A DNA stretch of 64,000 nt from Thermodesulfobacteriota bacterium (lineage in GTDB: Bacteria > Desulfobacterota > Desulfarculia > JACQYL01): positions 3,136,001 to 3,200,000 of the forward strand of contig CAXXLZ010000002.1 of NCBI GenBank assembly GCA_963675595.2, given 5' to 3'. The notes below the pieces were generated by a model. That model was not told the DNA's origin, ran no database searches, and worked only from the letters and a program-made list of their open reading frames with translations. The position numbers were made by a program, and so were the translations under genes. Below are positions 59,731-64,000 of the stretch, piece by piece (the first letter of the stretch is position 1; every line of letters starts with the position of its first letter).

Positions 59731-61002
59731 TCAGAAGGTGGTTCTCCACCCCAGAGTGAACCGAAGATATTCGAGACTTTCCGAGCCGTCGGACCTGTCC
59801 GCATCCACCAATTCCACCTGGGGAATAATGGTCGAACTTCCCGTGATCCAGTAGTTCACGGCAAAGCACAACGTTTTGTAGTTGTCGGTTAAGGCGGTCG
59901 TGGACGGGAAGAACAGGTCGACGTCGCTGAACTTCACCAGAACCCTCCACTCGGGATTAAAGGTGTACATGGCTCTCACGTAATACCCGTCGTTTACCGC
60001 ATCCGCGAAGCCTCCATTGAGCAACGGATAGTCCTTTTGTTCTCTTCTCAGATATTCACCGGAAAGACTGAAAGGACCATACCCGATCTCGGCTCCCCCG
60101 AGCCATTGCCAGGCGTTGTTGTCGTTGTCTCCGTCCCATTTTCCCCAACCGAGAGAGCCCAGGACTCGTACCCGGGCTCCCGCCAGCGTGAATTCGGGAG
60201 CCACATGCAGCAGGAGACTCTTCACGCCGTTGTTGTCCACATACCGGCTGTCCTGGTTGTCGCCGTTCAGATAGGGATAGAAGTACACAGGAAGGGAGAA
60301 ATGTTCAAAGTCGAAATTCCGGTACAATTCGAGACCGATGGTTCGCCAGGATTGCAGGTTCAACAGTCCGTTGTTGCCGTGGTATTGCTCATGCCACCAA
60401 GATTGCCGGGCATATTCCTCACTGAAGTAGGGATAGAACGCCCCGACCTTCGCTTCGATTTGGTACGGAAGATAGAGGGTCATGTAGGCTTCATCAAGGC
60501 CGATCTCCACGGAAGCCGAATCGGAACGGGTGATATCTCCGCCCAGCGCCGGGGTCGCACTGGCCAAGACCTCTATTTTGGGGGCCAAATCGATACTTAT
60601 CCAGTCGGCAAGAGTTTTTCTGAAGTAGAGATAGAGATCGCTGATGCCCGCAGACAGGTTGTTGTTCTGGTCTACGTCGTTCCTCCTGCCGTCCGTCCTA
60701 TCGAGCATATAGAATTTGAAATGTCCTCCCACGTTGACGCCTTTTCGGACTTCCTCCATGATTCTGGAGGGCATGTTCGATAGGTCGTCCACGCTGTCTT
60801 CCAGATCTGCAATGACCTCCATTTCTTCCGCCTGTGCCTCCTGCTTCTCCTCGATCGATTGTAGTTTGCCTTTAAGCGCCTCCACGGTCTGTTCCAGTGC
60901 TTCGATCTGCTTTTTCAAATCGCTGATCTCATCCGAAACGGATGTTCCCGGAAACAGCAGAAGACAAGCAAAGACAATCACCCATGTTGCTCGTAGTCTC
61001 AT
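59731..61002 (-). CDS. Outer-membrane beta-barrel (porin) with N-terminal coiled coil
   Basis: Signal peptide; heptad-rich ISDLKKQIEALEQTVEALK; amphipathic aromatic strands; ends WRTTF. Confidence 0.8.
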   Translation of the reverse strand: MRLRATWVIVFACLLLFPGTSVSDEISDLKKQIEALEQTVEALKGKLQSIEEKQEAQAEEMEVIADLEDSVDDLSNMPSRIMEEVRKGVNVGGHFKFYMLDRTDGRRNDVDQNNNLSAGISDLYLYFRKTLADWISIDLAPKIEVLASATPALGGDITRSDSASVEIGLDEAYMTLYLPYQIEAKVGAFYPYFSEEYARQSWWHEQYHGNNGLLNLQSWRTIGLELYRNFDFEHFSLPVYFYPYLNGDNQDSRYVDNNGVKSLLLHVAPEFTLAGARVRVLGSLGWGKWDGDNDNNAWQWLGGAEIGYGPFSLSGEYLRREQKDYPLLNGGFADAVNDGYYVRAMYTFNPEWRVLVKFSDVDLFFPSTTALTDNYKTLCFAVNYWITGSSTIIPQVELVDADRSDGSESLEYLRFTLGWRTTF

Positions 61003-61192
61003 ACCCTTTCCTCCCTCTCTTCGGTAAATGGTCGGAGACTCTTCGTGCCGGGGGTGTCCATTCCGAAGGTTGAGGACTCCTCGCCTTCACTGTCCTCAGA
61101 CCCGGGGAAAAGGCCGACCCCTCGGTCCGGTCGACGAAATTGAATCGGTCTTGCGCCGAGGTACGTTTTCGGGGGCTTAGTCGAGAGGCCCC

Positions 61193-62014
61193 CTACCAGG
61201 TGATTCTTCCGCTGTTGAGCAAACCCCCCACGAGGAGGTAAACCCCGCACATAATCGCCGCGCACCCGAACGTGTAATATAGGACACGGGCGAACAATCC
61301 GGACTCGCTCACCAGGAGGGAATCCAAAACGCCCTCCTGTTTGAGCCGATTCACCCACCCGGCTTTTTCATGACGCAGAGACTCCAGACTCGTACTTCCT
61401 TCGAACATGGTTCGGTCCATGGGGAAATTATGCCGACGAAGATGGGCCACGGCGAAGTGAATGATGAACACATGGGTCATTGCCAAGAGGGCCTCGATCC
61501 GATGTACCCACAAAGCGACATTCAAACCCCAACCGGGGATGAACTTGGTCGAAGTCATGGGATAGGCCAAAACGAGCCCGGAAGCTCCCATGACGAGCAT
61601 GCCCCAGAAGGCGGCTCCAAGGTAGTCCATTTTTTCCCAATACCCCCATCGATCAAACTTCGGGTGCGGACTTTTTCCGAAGAACCAACCAATGTGCTGA
61701 AAGAACTCCCTGATGTCGGCGAACCTGGGGAGCATGGAATCGGGACCAGACAGAGACCGGGCCGGGTGACGACCGATTCGGAGGACGAGATGGCCCACAT
61801 GGGCCAGAAAACCGATGATCATCACCAAGCCGACGTATTTGTGAAGGGTCAAGGCGGAATTGTAGCCGCCGAACAGTCCGGCCAGACCTTTGCCCCAAGA
61901 GGTTTCGATAAACATCCGGGAAAGACCGGTGGCGCTTTGCGTAAGAAAAGTGACAATGAGGAGCGCGTGAAAAGCCCGATCCACCGGGCCGAATCGCTTA
62001 ACCCTGGTCTTCAT
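61193..62014 (-). CDS. Cytochrome b membrane subunit (FdhC/Ni-hydrogenase cyt b type)
   Basis: RF...RAFH, LHKYVG, AH, RWGYWEKMDY, VHRIEALLA, HFAVAH. Confidence 0.9.
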   Translation of the reverse strand: MKTRVKRFGPVDRAFHALLIVTFLTQSATGLSRMFIETSWGKGLAGLFGGYNSALTLHKYVGLVMIIGFLAHVGHLVLRIGRHPARSLSGPDSMLPRFADIREFFQHIGWFFGKSPHPKFDRWGYWEKMDYLGAAFWGMLVMGASGLVLAYPMTSTKFIPGWGLNVALWVHRIEALLAMTHVFIIHFAVAHLRRHNFPMDRTMFEGSTSLESLRHEKAGWVNRLKQEGVLDSLLVSESGLFARVLYYTFGCAAIMCGVYLLVGGLLNSGRITW

Positions 62015-62708
62015 GATCGGTTCCATCCTTCCTTTTCTGGAACAACTCCCGCAGATTCCAGGCGAGCGTGTGTGGCAGGAACACCACAAAAATCCCGACC
62101 GAAAGGGTAATCATGATCCAGAAGACGTAAAATAAGACGGGGAATTCCCGTTTCGTTTGAATCAGGGCCGGATTGGGGGCGTGAACAATGTAGGCGGCAA
62201 AGGAGGCATTCGCTCCTTCGTGGCATTTGGAGCATACGTACGCATGCCTTCGCACGGGATTCATCGGGGAATAATAGTAGTTGATACTAGCGATGGGCTC
62301 TACGCCGTGGCATTGTCGGCAGGTAAGCCCGTTCCTGAGCGTATGAATATTCTTGGTCTCTTGAACGTGGCAATCCTCGCATCGCCTGCGCTCGTAGAAC
62401 TTGAGCCCCCGATGGGAGTCGGCGAGGCGGGTACGGATTTGAACGGCCGCCGCGGCGGAGGGGCTGTAAGGCAGGAAACCGCCCCGTACTCCGGGAATCT
62501 CCACAAGGGCACGCTGACGGCGAGGCTTGACTTCATACTCTTCGTAATATCCGGTGCTGAGCTCCCGTTGCCTGTACCTGCGGATGGAAGACGCCACTTC
62601 CTCCTGAGTCCAAGCCGTTGGGCACCAGAGCAACGACTCCGATCCAAAGAGGAGCGTCAACACGACCATGAATGCTGCAACACTCGGTTGCCTCTTCCGG
62701 ATGGGCAT
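61998..62708 (-). CDS. Membrane-anchored triheme cytochrome c partnering the cytochrome b
   Basis: Signal peptide; CEDCH, CRQCH, CSKCHEGANASFA.Y.VH; C-terminal TM containing His (LPHTLAW); overlaps the cyt b start. Confidence 0.85.
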   Translation of the reverse strand: MPIRKRQPSVAAFMVVLTLLFGSESLLWCPTAWTQEEVASSIRRYRQRELSTGYYEEYEVKPRRQRALVEIPGVRGGFLPYSPSAAAAVQIRTRLADSHRGLKFYERRRCEDCHVQETKNIHTLRNGLTCRQCHGVEPIASINYYYSPMNPVRRHAYVCSKCHEGANASFAAYIVHAPNPALIQTKREFPVLFYVFWIMITLSVGIFVVFLPHTLAWNLRELFQKRKDGTDHEDQG

Positions 62709-62843
62709 GTCGTTGGTCCCGCGGCGAAGGGTTGGGTGATTTCCTCTTCGCTCCCGTTCAATCGGTTCGCCGGACCGGCGATTCCGGAGAACCGCCGGAA
62801 GGATTTGGACCCACGCCTTCTCTCTCAAAAGCGCCGAGCCCTG

Positions 62844-64000
62844 TTATTTCTTCTTAGGTTTGCTCAGATCGAAGAGTTCTTCACCCGCCTCTTCGATCTC
62901 GATATCGGGCTCCTTCTTTTCCTCGGTCGCCGACGATTGCTCCAGAAAATCCAGGGACTCTCCGAATCCCTGGAACGCGTCTCGATGGAGCTGTCTCAGG
63001 TCTGCATCCTTGTGCGCATGGCAGGTTTGACAGGAGTTGGGAACTGCGGGATTCCTGAGCGTGTCGATGGGCAGCAAGGTGACGAAGACGTGACTGTGCA
63101 GATCGCCGGACTCGGCGTTCTTCGCGATTCTGGGCATATGGCAGCCCACGCAGTTCGCAAAGGAATGAATGGCGTGGGACTTGGCCTTGTTCACCATTTC
63201 ATGACATTGGAAGCACTGCTGCGAACCCGCCGCCGAGGTCTGGGAGCGGGTGGGAGGGAGGCCGATCTGGTGAACAAAGTGGCAGGAGGTACAACTCACT
63301 CCTTCCGTGTAGTGTTTGGACTTGACCCAATCATTGTATTGCTGGTGGTGACCCTTGGAGAATTCGTTGACATAGAAGTTTTCCGTATCCCCCGAAGCAT
63401 AGGAAGTGGCCTCATAGTAGGCGAGAAGTGATTTACCGGGTTCATAGCCCACGGGCCAATGGGCGCCTTCGACCTTGGTGGACATCCCCCTTCCGTGACA
63501 GGAACCACAGATCTGAACCGCGGCTCCGGTTGACAGTTTGGCGGGATTCACAATGGTTTGTCGCTTTTCGAACACGGCCACCTTGGGTAATGCGGCATGC
63601 CAGGAACCTTTGCCGTGGCACGATTCGCAGCCGACGCTCAATTCGCTGAAATTCTTCCGGTCCAGATCCACACCGGTGGCGTGGCATCCGCCGCAGTACT
63701 GCAACCACGGTCTCTGGTTCCAGTCTTCTTCGTGATAATTCACCCAGCGATGGCTGTCGATGTTGTATTGGATTGGTGCGATGTACAGAACCCCGTCCCG
63801 TTCCACGATGAAGCGCTGCTGCCACTGGCCTCCAATGGCGTACTTGATTTCCTCGCGTTTGGGGATGAAGATTTCGGAGGCGGGTACCTTTATGGAGGGT
63901 TCCAGTTCGGCGAGATCGTCGCGAATGGCGTTCTCATCGTACGGGACTACGATGACGTCCACGGACTGCTGGGCGTCGAGCGTGCTTCTACTGTGGGAAG
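62844..64000 (-). CDS. Periplasmic multiheme cytochrome c (at least 7 hemes), 5'-truncated by the window edge
   Basis: CGGCH, CESCH, CGSCH, CTSCH, CFQCH, CVGCH, CQTCH; frame open to the window end. Confidence 0.9.
   Translation of the reverse strand, partial: SHSRSTLDAQQSVDVIVVPYDENAIRDDLAELEPSIKVPASEIFIPKREEIKYAIGGQWQQRFIVERDGVLYIAPIQYNIDSHRWVNYHEEDWNQRPWLQYCGGCHATGVDLDRKNFSELSVGCESCHGKGSWHAALPKVAVFEKRQTIVNPAKLSTGAAVQICGSCHGRGMSTKVEGAHWPVGYEPGKSLLAYYEATSYASGDTENFYVNEFSKGHHQQYNDWVKSKHYTEGVSCTSCHFVHQIGLPPTRSQTSAAGSQQCFQCHEMVNKAKSHAIHSFANCVGCHMPRIAKNAESGDLHSHVFVTLLPIDTLRNPAVPNSCQTCHAHKDADLRQLHRDAFQGFGESLDFLEQSSATEEKKEPDIEIEEAGEELFDLSKPKKK

Noticed and set aside
60999-61358. 119-aa ORF bridging cytochrome b and porin genes
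   Set aside because: Overlaps cyt b out of frame and has no motif or RBS support

Overview
A GC-rich bacterial window whose gene content (HdrA-like selenoprotein, multiheme cytochromes, PEP-CTERM-type protein, many PAS hybrid kinases) suggests an anaerobic Desulfobacterota/deltaproteobacterial genome; this is inferred, not proven. From left to right: three tandem hybrid histidine kinases; a cobalamin riboswitch leading into a TonB-dependent receptor and a carbohydrate-type (CUT1) ABC transporter interrupted by palindromic repeats; a large secreted protein; two tandem paralogues resembling leukocidin/cytolysin beta-pore-forming proteins; transglutaminase-like, YaiI, GH13 and TetR genes with visible operators; a kinase; a VPLPA-CTERM protein; a GYD protein with an FMN glutamate-synthase-family gene; a selenocysteine/cysteine pair of HdrA-like genes sharing a structured 5' leader (the ORF track misses the Sec read-through); a membrane-ISF-SCP2 fusion; a minus-strand USP/HDAC/MarR/SBP cluster; and, at the right end, an operon joining multiheme cytochromes, cytochrome b, a porin, ApbE, an FMN-binding protein and an 11-heme OmcA/MtrC-like lipoprotein. 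The best candidates for undescribed biology are this flavinylation-coupled porin-cytochrome conduit, the B12-riboswitch/CUT1 uptake system, the Sec/Cys HdrA pair with its leader, and the pore-former pair. No rRNA, tRNA, CRISPR array or transposase was seen. All family calls come from motif recognition by eye; no database searches were run.
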